This document shows, piece after piece, positions 41,741 to 58,090 of a stretch of 64,000 bases of DNA. The stretch comes from Malacoraja senta (taxonomy: Eukaryota). Both the position numbers and the translations under genes were made by a program. The stretch is taken from NCBI GenBank assembly GCA_038087875.1, contig CM075986.1, positions 13,330,001 through 13,394,000 of the forward strand, read 5' to 3'. Under the pieces are notes generated by a model. It saw nothing but the letters and a program-made list of their open reading frames with translations, did no database searches and was not told the DNA's origin. Position 1 is the stretch's first letter; every line of letters starts with the position of its first letter.

Positions 41741-43323
41741 ACATTGAACAGGACTATTCAATTATTGACCATTCCTGAATAGGAACCAAGAGATAAAAGG
41801 ACAGGCTGAAGAGTTGGTGACTGTAGGGAAAAATAAAAAGACTGGTTTTAATGGGTACTTGATCAATGAGGATTCAGCAGGCTGTGTGGCCCTCATGTAC
41901 TGCGTGACTGACACATTTTGGAATGCTGCATCATTCCACACTAGAATCACTGTTTGGGAACGAGCATTTAAAGTATTCTATTTATAAAAGGAAAAGGTGA
42001 CCTTCATAGTTTACAATTTCCATTGATGAAAATGATTCTTTAAAGTTGCCACTGTACCATTGGTTTCTATCCAAACTACCATCACCGGCTATTTTGATCA
42101 AAACCAAAAATGATGGAAAAAAGAGTTATGAGACTGCAGATGCTGGAACATAGAGCAAAAAATACCCTGGAGTAAATTAGTCCAGACTATATACAGCAGT
42201 ACTGCCCTTTTCTACAGGTGGCATGTGGGTGTGTGTGTGTGTGTGGGGGGGGGCTCTGTGTACAGAAGAACAAGTTCCTCCAGCAATTTGCTTTTTGCTC
42301 AAATGCAGGAAAATCTCAGCAAGTAATCTAGAATCTGTAGGAGACAAGGCTGTTTCTACGACCAATCAGAGCTATTCTGATTATTCTTGCAAAAGCAATT
42401 CTTGAGGACAGAACTATTCCCATTCCCCAATTAGTTTTCTACCAGATGACCAGCTTGTTCAACTGGGACTGCAGCAGTATCTTAGCTAAAACTAATCTAG
42501 ATATTTGAATTCCTCAAGAGATTAATAGATATACAAATCTGAAAAGTCCCTACAATTTTTTCCTCATCAATTGCTAATGCAATCTATTGCTGCCTTTTCA
42601 TCCTTGTCACTCCACTGATGCCATCATCACATTTGGACTTTAAGTCATTTTTACCAAATCGATGTTCAGCTATTTAAGGCTGAAGTTTTACTTTAGGATT
42701 CTCTGCACTACACATTTGAGTTAAAGTTTTGCTCTTTTCTTTAAACCAATATTTACTTTTAACGAAATAAGGCTTTTTAAAATTTTCTAATGAATCAGAA
42801 ATCTCAGTATGGGCAAGTACCTTTTCTGTGGATTTACACCCTGGTGTGGGGAAAGCATATTTATAAGCATAGGAATGGGGAATGAGAATTATTCTACACC
42901 TAGCTTGGCAAGGAGGCTCTGAAAATGCACACTGCAAATACTTGGCACCTAGAACATATGTGACCATTTCTCAGCACTGGTGGATTTATGTACTATTTCA
43001 CTCATTTTCTCCCCTATACACTTCAAATAAGATTGCAATATCTTAAGATCAAACTGAGGCCAAACTAAAATGCAGGAGACTTTGAAACCTTAGTTAAGGG
43101 GTTCAGAATTAAAGGTAGACACAAAGTGCGGGAGTAACTCAGCGGGGCAGGCAGCATCTCTGGAGAGAAGGATTGGGTGACGTTTCAGGTCTAGACTTCT
43201 TCAGAATCAATGCAGCTTAAAACCAGTATTGATACCAATACCAAATCCTGTACTGTAATTTAAATGACGAATACACGATCTTGGAATCAATCAATACGCA
43301 GAGGTTAAGAAGGGGAACAAGCC

Positions 43324-43329
43324 TTTATT
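43324..43329 (-). terminator. Candidate distal poly(A) signal of ARF (AATAAA); proximal alternatives at 44635-44640 and 44579-44584
   Basis: AATAAA on the minus strand followed by U/GU-rich sequence, at the end of a ~1.5-kb repeat-free AT-rich stretch after the stop codon. Confidence 0.45.
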
Positions 43330-44810
43330 GGCAGCAGAAATATTTGCAACAAGTTCCCTTCTCCACACCTTTCTCAAACACATCCACGAATGTCTGCAAT
43401 TTGGTCACACACTGGCATCCAAACATACTGGTATGCAACGCAAACATTTATTCTCATAAAGATATCTTTAACATAGAATGCATCCCAAGACAAGTTTACA
43501 GATATGGTTAAAAATAAGCTGATTTTTCTTCAGATCAATTTCAAAATTACGTTTCCCCACCTCTTGATATTTTGCTACAGAAACCTTATTTTACAACTAA
43601 GCTTCATATTTCCACTATTAGGTTTGAGCATAATGTCCAAGCAAAATTAAATTACATATTTAATTTAATTGTAGATTGAAACCAATAATTCTCCAGACTC
43701 ATTACCTTTCATATTGTTATAATTTACAAGATTGCAGTTTACAGTTTAAAAAACATGCCTATAAGCATAAAGTATATTGTCTCTGAATATAGATCAGTAT
43801 TCAACTGGTCATTAACATACAATGAACAAGTCAATTTGAAGTGCATGCTACTGATCTGTACAGGATAAATATTCCACTAAACCTCTAAATTATCTGAAAT
43901 ATACCGAAAAGTTTTCAATTTACTTTTTGGAAAATGTTCATAAGTGGGGAAGCTTTCTGGAAAATAGGTACGTAATTTCAAATTCCACTTGTGTCTGTAG
44001 TGTCACGACGCTGACGCTGAGTATTATTTTGAGGGAGTGTTGGTGTTGCTGGGGCTTGTCTTGGCATATCCAAACAAAAAGGGTTATATTTATTATATGC
44101 ATTTCATCCTTTGCCCACCTCATATCAAATACATACAAGTGTCATTCAATATCTTTACAAAACAAGGAATGGGAGCAGCTACCTCAGTGACTTCTAAACG
44201 TTAAATTACCAGATACGAGGTACTAAAAATCCATAAAATTGCACTAGTAGAAGTCAATTTTGGTCAACATGGTCAATTTTGATGGATCATTTGCAGAGCC
44301 ATAAAACACTAGCCAGAACTCAAGGAAATTTCCTTCCAAGATGTATTTGCTAAATTGCCAAATTGATTGGTGTACACATGCACAATTTAAACTCAAACTG
44401 CATCACTCAGACTTGGGTTAAATTGCAAACCAAGTTCTGCAAGATCGTTCAATATTGACAAGATCTGCTAGTGATCAGGCACATTCTCTACCCCCCCCCC
44501 TCCTCTAATTTAGAAAAGGGGCCATAAATAGTATTCATATTCCTAATTTTTGGTTAGCTAGCAATTACAAATTGTAAATTTATTTTAGGTCTGCAAGTGT
44601 TATTTGGCAACTATTTCAAAAATAGAGCCATTCATTTATTAGTAAAATACTTTCATCAATGCCCACAATACCCGTTCTTATAAGTAGTGTCCCAAACCCA
44701 TCTGTATTATAAAAAGGCACGTGGTGAGGAAACTGCTCCCACTCAAACTCTCTCTCACACAATCACACACACGCGGCTGGTCATGCAGAGACTTGGAGAA
44801 GCGGAATGGA

Positions 44811-50642
<5,832 letters not shown>

Positions 50643-51102
50643 CTGTAAAAGAAAACGACATCTTAATTTTGTACTACAGCAAAATAGGATGTTTGATCCC
50701 TTCTTTGGGCAAGGCCTACTCCATCAAGATGCACATAATCAAGCTTCCCTCTGATACTCAAAGTCATAGTTAGACATGGAAACAGGCCCTTTGGCTGGTG
50801 ATCAACAATTACACTAACCCCATTTAATTCTCCCCCACATTCCCATCATACCTCCGATTCCATTGCTCACCTATAGAATCAAATCTTGCTCAACATGAAC
50901 CCACTAAAATTGGTGTATAATAAACACCTTAAAATGTCTGCACTTTAATAGTTCCCAGGCCCAAACTTGTTATCGCCAAATTTCCCAATCTTTTTGTTCC
51001 TCACCCCTGCCTTGGATAGCTGTCTTTTCCTTGAAACACCCAACTTATCCTCATCCACTATCCCATTTCCATCACCTTGCTGAACTTGTTCTCAAGGGAT
51101 AA

Positions 51103-51495
51103 TGTATTCATCGGCAGTAACTCGAAACGAGTATGACTGTCCTCTCAAGGACGCCTGTGTGTGACTTTGTTTAACGTGGGGAGACTGGTGCGCAGACAGC
51201 CACCACATGGTCCTTGATAGATCTGGGTCAGATTCCAGTGGGATGGAATCCAGGACGACCGGGGACCATTTTCTGTTGCAGCCTTCATCCGCCTTCCTAA
51301 CCGTTGTGACGCACCACTAAAGTCAGCCATCATCCTCCGCCTGTTCCACCGTTGAGGTCTTGGTTGGACTGCGCTTCGTCAGAGACCTCCCCCTCGACCT
51401 TACCACCATGGGTGGCCCTACCAGGAGCATAGCTCCATATGGCATCGCTCTTGGGACCACACAAGCTTCTCCACCACGACAAGGTGACAATCCAC
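51103..51495 (-). mobile_element. Short RTE (Expander/BovB-like)-related non-autonomous element
   Basis: Minus strand begins CACCTTGTCGTGGTGGAGAAGCTTG...CCTGGTAGGGCCACCCATGG, recalled as the RTE 5'UTR signature; no ORF. Confidence 0.55.
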
Positions 51496-51963
51496 AGAGA
51501 ATGTGAAAGGTCCAAGTAATGCCAATCTCTGGATACATGAAACATTCCTTATTTCAATCCAACAAGTTATTCTCTCTCCCTTTTTCTGGAACTTCGGTAA
51601 CTATAAAGGCGCTACTTAGGCACCTTCACTAAACTAGAAAAATCTCACCCCACTTTCCATCTTTTTCAGCCACCATGATTTTGCTTCATCTACTCTGATG
51701 ACCAAGAATATTTAGGTTCTCAGTTTCCATCAAAGCAATCCACATTAGTACTTCCAAATTCTTTGTTTCCTCAACCATGGATTCCCCTCATCTCAGAGCT
51801 CCCATTATCCACACCCGTCTAAACTCCACACTCAAATTAATTGGTGATAATCTGACATCTTCAATGTGAGATGTTTAAGAAAGAACTGCAGATGCTGGAA
51901 TAATCAAAGGTAGACAAAAATGCTGGAGAAACTCAGCAGGTTCTATGGAGCAAAGGAATAGGT

Positions 51964-51991
51964 GACGTTTCGGGTCGAGACCCTTCTTCAG
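51964..51991 (-). ncRNA. Minimal hammerhead ribozyme-like motif within a PLE-derived repeat (51865-51995)
   Basis: Minus strand CUGAAGA-A-GGGU(CUCG)ACCC-GAAACGUC. Confidence 0.6.
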
Positions 51992-52239
51992 ACTCAAAGT
52001 GAGCTTATCAATTAACACATTTCTCCTTTTTCAAAAGTTCAAAAGCCATCTTTCTCTCCAGACTACACTGATTCACTGACATGTGAATAAATGTCCATTC
52101 ACCACCCCAGTGTATTCCTGTAGGGAATAGAGGGCATACCTGCCCTCTCACCTATTTGCCTTTACACCTTTCAAGATCCCAAACACACCAGGATGATGCA
52201 ATGTACTTCTTCCAAATTAGAAGTAATTTCTAACTACAG

Positions 52240-52510
52240 TGCCATAGCGATAGAGTTGCTGCCTTACAGCACCCGAGACGGGTTCGATTCTGACTACGAG
52301 TGCTGTCTGTATGGAATTTGTACGTTCTCCCCATGACTGCGCGGATTTTCTCTGAATTTTCGGTTTCTTCCCACACTCCAAAGACATACAAGTTTGTAGG
52401 TTAATTGGCTCAGTACAAGTTTAAATTGTCCCATGTGTAGGATAGTGTTAATGTGCGGATTCAGTGGGCCATAGGGCTTGTTTTCGCGCTGCATCTCTGA
52501 ACCAAACTAA
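52240..52510 (+). mobile_element. tRNA-derived SINE (V-SINE/HE1-like) in ARF intron 1
   Basis: Homologous to 21845-22137; older copies at ~13410-13700(-), 16390-16900(+) and 18070-18395(-). Confidence 0.8.
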
Positions 52511-52774
52511 GTATACTGCATTTTGTGCTTGTGGCGTAGTCTTCATTACAATGGCAAAACCAAACAAGCTAGGTAACCACTTCCATACACCTCGAGTGTT
52601 TTATTATCATACGTCTCAAAACAGAACAATGAAATTCTTAGTAGCTGCTGCAAAACAAATATGTAAACATAGTACTCTGTTAACACCACAATAAACAAAA
52701 AGTTCAGTATATAAAAATACCTCTTCTGCTTACATACATGACCAAGATTCCATTTACCTATCATTTCAATTCTT

Positions 52775-53490
52775 CACGGGGGTGGGAGATTGCAACCTTC
52801 ATGTGGTCCGCCCCGTTTCGACAAATGCAATCAACCCGGCGTGCACAATCAAATAAGATCAAATAGAACAAGTTGTCCTACAACTTTAGGCTGTGCACGC
52901 CACACGCAAGAAGAAAACAAATTCTCCACTACACTGTGAGGGAAGGCAAGTTTCCCACTGTGAGGGAAGGCACCAAAGTCAGGCATCTTCCTCTGATGTT
53001 CCTGATGTTCACCCATGGTCGGGGCCTCCTGAGCCCTCCGCAGTCCTGCTCGCTGGGATGATGGAACTCCAGCGTCGGAACGGGAGGCGTACCTCAGCGG
53101 CTTGGACCTCCGAATCGGCCGCTTCCCACCGGAATCCGCGGCTCCCGACGTCCCCAGGCCGCACCGGGCGGAGATTCACGCTGGCGGCCCTGGGCAAAGG
53201 GCCCCAGAGACTCCGCGATGTTGGAGCAGCGGGCCCAACGCTCCGGAGCTGCAAACGCGATCCAGGTAGGTATCACCCGCTCCGCGGTGAATCCAGTGCC
53301 GCGCCACGGCTGCCGAAGCTCTGGTCCGGTTCCCGGTCGGAAAGGCTGCTCCGATCCAGTGGTAGGCCGCGAGGAGGGGGAGGCGAGGACGCGACTCGGA
53401 GAAATAGTCACATCCTCGCCAGGAAGCGACTGGGAAACGGTTCCCCCCTTACCCTACCCCCCCTCCCCCACACAGAAAAATAAAGAAACT
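52775..53490. repeat. Unclassified GC/CpG-rich interspersed element in ARF intron 1
   Basis: Abrupt GC-rich block with an internal duplication (cactgtgagggaaggca x2) among repeats; overlapping ORFs have no recognisable motifs. Confidence 0.45.
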
Positions 53491-53533
53491 AAAATTTAAA
53501 AAAAGGATAGGAAAAATCTTAGAGATTTCCCTG

Positions 53534-55160
53534 CATAAGATCATAAGAGCAGAATTAGGCCATTTCAGCCCATCAAGTCTGCTCCACTGTTCAATCATGG
53601 CTGATCTATCTCTCCCTCCTAAACCCATTCTCCTGCCTTCTCTCCATAAACCGACACCTGTTGTAATCAAAAATCTATCTCTGCCTTAAAAATATCCACA
53701 CGGCTCCACAGCCTTCTTTGGCAAATAATTCCACAGATTCACCACCCTCTGACTAAAGAAATTTCTCCTCATCTCCTTTATAAAAGAACATCCTTTAATT
53801 CAGAGGCTATGACCTAGACTCTCCCACTAGTGGAAACATCCTCTCCACATCCACTCTATCCAAGTCTTTCACTATTCTGTATGTTTCAATTAGGTCCCCC
53901 CTCATTCTTCTAATCTCCAGCGAGAATAGACCCAATGCCGACAAACACTTATCATAGGTTAACCTACTCATTCATGGGATCATTCTTGTAAACCTCCTCT
54001 GGATCCTCTCCACAGCCAGCACATCCTTCCTCAGATATGGTGCCCAATATTGCTCACAATATTCCAAATGTGGCCTTACCAGTTCCTTAGAGCCTTTTGT
54101 ATACAAGTCCTCTTGAAATAAATGCTAGCGTTGAGTTTTCTTTCTTTACTACCGATTAGACATGCAGATTCACCTTTTGGGAATTCTGCACCAGCACTCC
54201 CAAATCCTTTTGCACATCCGATTTCTGGATTCTCACCCCATTTAGAAAACAGTCTATGCCTTTATTCCTACTACCAAAATGCACGACTACCCACTTTGCT
54301 ACACTATATTCCATCTGCCACTTCTCTGCCCACTCTCCCAACCTGTCCAAGTCCTTCTGCAGTCCCTGCTTTATCCATATGCAGGAAAGAAGTGCAGATG
54401 CTGCTTTAAATTGAAGGTAGACACAAAATACTGGAGTAACTCAGCAGGACAGGCAGCATCTTTGGAGAGAAGGAATGTGTCTGAAGAAGGGTCTCGACGC
54501 AAAATGTCACCCACTCCTTCTCTCCAGAGATGCTGCCTGTCCCGCTGAGTTACTCCAGCATTTTGTGTCTACCCTGCTTTCTCTACACTACCTGCCCCTC
54601 CACCTATTTTCGTACCATCCACAAACTTTGGCACAAAGCCTTCAATATGCAACGCCTTTAATATACAACGTGAAGAGTAGCAGCCCCAGCACCGATCCTT
54701 GCGAAACTCCGCTAGTCACTGGCAGCCAACCAGAAAAAGGCCCCTTCATTGCCACTCTTCTGCCATCCAGCCAACCTACGATCCATGCTAGTATCTGCCC
54801 TTTGATACCGTGGGCTCTCATCTTCCTAAGCAGCCCAACGTGTGGCACCTTATCAAAGGTTTTCTGAAAATCAGTAAACATCATCTACTGACTCCCTTTG
54901 TCTGTCCTGCTATTTACTTAATCAAAGAATTCCAGCAAATTTGTCAAGCAAGACCTCCCCTTCACAAAGCTATGCCAACTTCGGCCTAGTTTATCGTGAA
55001 CTTCTAAGTATTCCGTAACCTCATCCTTTATAATGGACTCTATCTTACCAACCACCAAAGTCAGACTAATAGTTCAATTTTTCAGCCTTGCTCCCTTCGT
55101 GCAGTGGGTAATATTGGCAATTTACCAATCTGGGACCATTCCTGACTAGTGATTCCTGAA
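53534..55160 (-). mobile_element. CR1 LINE in ARF intron 1, interrupted by a palindromic PLE-derived repeat (54375-54571)
   Basis: DFQKTFDKVPH, SGVSQGSVLG and MDRLGEWAEKWQME peptides; CR1 3'UTR at 53534-53650. Confidence 0.85.
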
Positions 55161-56224
55161 ATATCTATACCTCCCCTTCTTCAAGCCTCCACCTTTTAAG
55201 CCAGTTGTGAATGGCTAACTGTAATGTTACATTTTTTAAATATCCAGTGTACCACCTGACCTTGCATTTCCAGCAATTCCAGTATTAAAATTATACAATA
55301 TTGCAAGTAAACTAGCTTACACTTTCACATTTCCAACACAAAAAAAGAAAAACAGCTTGCAATTATTTAGGAAAACTGCTGTTTTACATTTTAAAGTATG
55401 TTTTTCACATTTAGGACAAAGGATTTCTCATGCACATTAACTTTCAACAAGTATTTGTTGACAAGCTAACATTTAATTCTAATAGCCAAATGACAGGCTA
55501 TCCACTGGGGAAAACATCAACAAGACATCACCAATAAGACTACTTCAAAAACACATGATTTGGAACAGGCTATTTGATTAAAATTGTATACAATTTTAAT
55601 TAGACAATTAGCTTCTTAAGTCATTCAGCAGCAAAGTACTAAGCAATAACTTGTTAATTGTCAATCTTAAATGTAATAATAACATTGAATCAGTGCTTGA
55701 AATTAGGAGAACAATGTCAAAATTTACACCCCAAATTCATGAAATATGTTTTTCAAAATTTGTCAGTAAAACAGTTAATTTCCCCCAAAACTTGACCTGT
55801 TTATTCCCATTTCCTACTCCACCTCCAACCACAACAACACTTGGGGGAGACGAATACCTTTCACTGGCAAATGTAGCCTCAAGAATCGGGACAGACCTAT
55901 TTTAAGAAGAATGTGGGCACTGAGTTCTTACCCAATTCAAGTCACATGCCAAGCAAACTTTTCAGTAGAGGAAAGTCACACTCCCAACCAGACTATTGCA
56001 CAACCTATGGGATAAAGTGTTTCCTGCTTAGTATCACCGTGGACACATCACAGGAAGTTAAACAAAAAGACATGCCTGCGCTCCGACTAACTTTTGACGA
56101 ATTAAAAACATATTTTATTCATAAAAATAAGAAAAACAGCGCAACCCATGTTGCCATCAAACCAATACATGCAGTCTATAATGCACCGATACTGCCCACG
56201 TTTCCTCTTCAAACTACAGGCCCA

Positions 56225-56670
56225 TAAAGTGCTTGGTCAGGCCGCCACCATGCCTGCTTCCTGGATGATGCTGGAGTAGAGATCGCCCCACCCCGGAGGC
56301 CAGCGGATATCCGGGCTGGCGGGCGGCTGGGCCTAGGCCTCTCGCCCCTCTCTGGCCCATTCCACTTCATCTTTCGGACGACGCCGAGTGGCGTCGCCTC
56401 CCTTTCCTTCCCGCGACTTGTCGGACATCCCAGCAGAGAGCGGGACCCTTACCTCCGGCGCGGTTCTTTCTCTCCTTCGCTCGCCTTCCTCCTGGCCGTC
56501 ACTGCCGGGTGAACCGTCCACCGCTTGCTGCACTTCCCCCAGTTACGCCGTGCGTGCGTGCTGACGTTGTACGTGGGCGTCAACGGCCCTCTCCGCCACT
56601 CAGCAGCCGCCGTGCCAACGCCTTGTCGCCAGCCTTCAGTTTGGTGTTTCCTGGCCAATCCTTGGCTTCA
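56225..56670 (-). promoter_or_regulatory. CpG-island promoter of the ARF gene
   Basis: High GC/CpG non-repetitive segment; TGACGT 56562-56567, ACGTGG 56571-56576, CGTCA 56578-56582, CCAAT 56655-56659. Confidence 0.75.
56453..56560 (-). other. Probable non-coding first exon (5'UTR) of the ARF gene; upstream boundary/TSS approximate
   Basis: Strong donor GGAG|gtaagg at 56452 inside a non-repeat CpG-rich island; class I ARF genes typically have a non-coding exon 1. Confidence 0.7.
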
Positions 56671-56684
56671 TCAAAGTTGCCTCA

Positions 56685-56853
56685 GCCTGATGTACTCAGT
56701 CACACTGGGGCAGAGACTAACTGGCTTCATCATACGTGTTGCAGCAGAGTTGCCTGATGCACTCAGTCACACTGGGGCAGAGACTAGCTGGCTCAATCAT
56801 ACGTGTTGCAGCAGAGTTGCCTGATGCATTCAGTCACACTGTGAGGCAGAGAC
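56685..56853. repeat. 67-bp tandem repeat, ~2.5 copies
   Basis: Unit gcctgatgYactcagtcacactggggcagagacta...gcagcagagtt starts at 56685, 56752 and 56819. Confidence 0.9.
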
Positions 56854-58062
56854 CGGCGGGGACATCCCTCAAACAAGGGAAGGAATGTCACTGCAGGGGG
56901 CTACATAAGGGTGTAAAGATAGGTGCAAACACTACTCAGTATGACAGTATAGGCACAGAGAGTTGAAGAGTTTTAGTTGTATATACTTTATACTGAATAA
57001 GGTTTATTTTTGGAAATAAAAAGTCAAAGGATGCCACGTGAAATCAAATTTAGCCAGAATGTCACAATACGTTGAAGAGGTTTTTTTGTGTCGTTTTTTA
57101 AAAATATATATTTTTTATTCTGTATACAGTTTATTTTTGGAAATAACAAGTCAAAGGGAGACCATGTGAAATCAAGTTTAACCAGTGTGTCACTTTGTTC
57201 GCAGTTATTAAATATTTTCTCAATTGGTTTGGTTTTACTTTAAGAATGTTGGGCAATCCTCAACCAATCTTGCCCAAGTTCCTTCCCTGAAAGACCAGTC
57301 AAGACTGTTTCATTATCATATGTTCCAAAAAACGAAACAATGAAATTCTTCTTTAGAGCAGCATAGATAACATATAATAAACAAAAAAAATCAATAAATG
57401 AATAACCACACTATGAGTGTGAACAATTTCAATACTAATGCATGATATAAAAAAATATTTACAATTAACTTGGAGGAAGGGAGAATACATTTGAGAGTGC
57501 AATGTTGGGTTTACTAATCATATTCTTACTTCTGAGTCAAAACTGTTCAACATCAGGCTAAACTGGAAATATAAACTTAACATCAATGTTTTCATTCCGT
57601 TGAGGAATGCTACAACATTTCTGCTCATTTTTAATATATGCTGGAAAAACTCAGCTGGTGAGGATTCATCTGGGATGAAAGCTGATGTTTCAGGTCAAAG
57701 AACTTTTGCCAGAACTGTGAAGGAGATGAAAGAAGGTTGTTAAACTGCAGAGTGGATGGATGGGGTAGAGGTGATGTCTCTGATAGGATAAAGAGCAGTC
57801 CGACATAATGCCAGACTTAAGCGTTCTCCACCATTTACACATCCACTTGCTTTTTGGAATTTAATATGGAAACTCCTATCATGTGTTCCAGATCTTAACA
57901 TTCCGATGACAAATATTCTTCCCTCATTTCCACTCCAGTTCTATTGCAATTTTTAAATCAGTGACCTTCAGTTACAAATCCTTTTCCCATAGGAAACAAA
58001 ATTCTCTCTGCTTCCTCCATCAAAATCTCTCATGATTTTGAGTACTCCTGTTAAATTTAAAT

Positions 58063-58090
58063 CTGATGAAGGATCCCGATCCGAAACGTC
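58063..58090 (+). ncRNA. Minimal hammerhead ribozyme-like motif within a PLE-derived repeat
   Basis: CUGAUGA-A-GGAUC(CC)GAUCC-GAAACGUC: canonical core, stem II, palindromic ACGU helix III, GUC triplet. Confidence 0.6.

Noticed and set aside
43110-43210. Hammerhead just downstream of the ARF poly(A) signal acting as a terminator
   Set aside because: Stem II and core spacing are degenerate, and the family is dense enough for the position to be coincidental
52893-53483. 196-aa Arg/Pro/Gly-rich ORF
   Set aside because: Expected by chance in GC-rich repeat DNA; no motifs; lies within ARF intron 1
56241-56279. Perfect Kozak GCCGCCACCATG on the plus strand
   Set aside because: Followed by only 9 codons (MPASWMMLE*), antisense within a GC-rich island; likely chance
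56685-56853. CRISPR-like array
   Set aside because: Units are contiguous tandem copies with no unique spacers; vertebrate context, no cas genes
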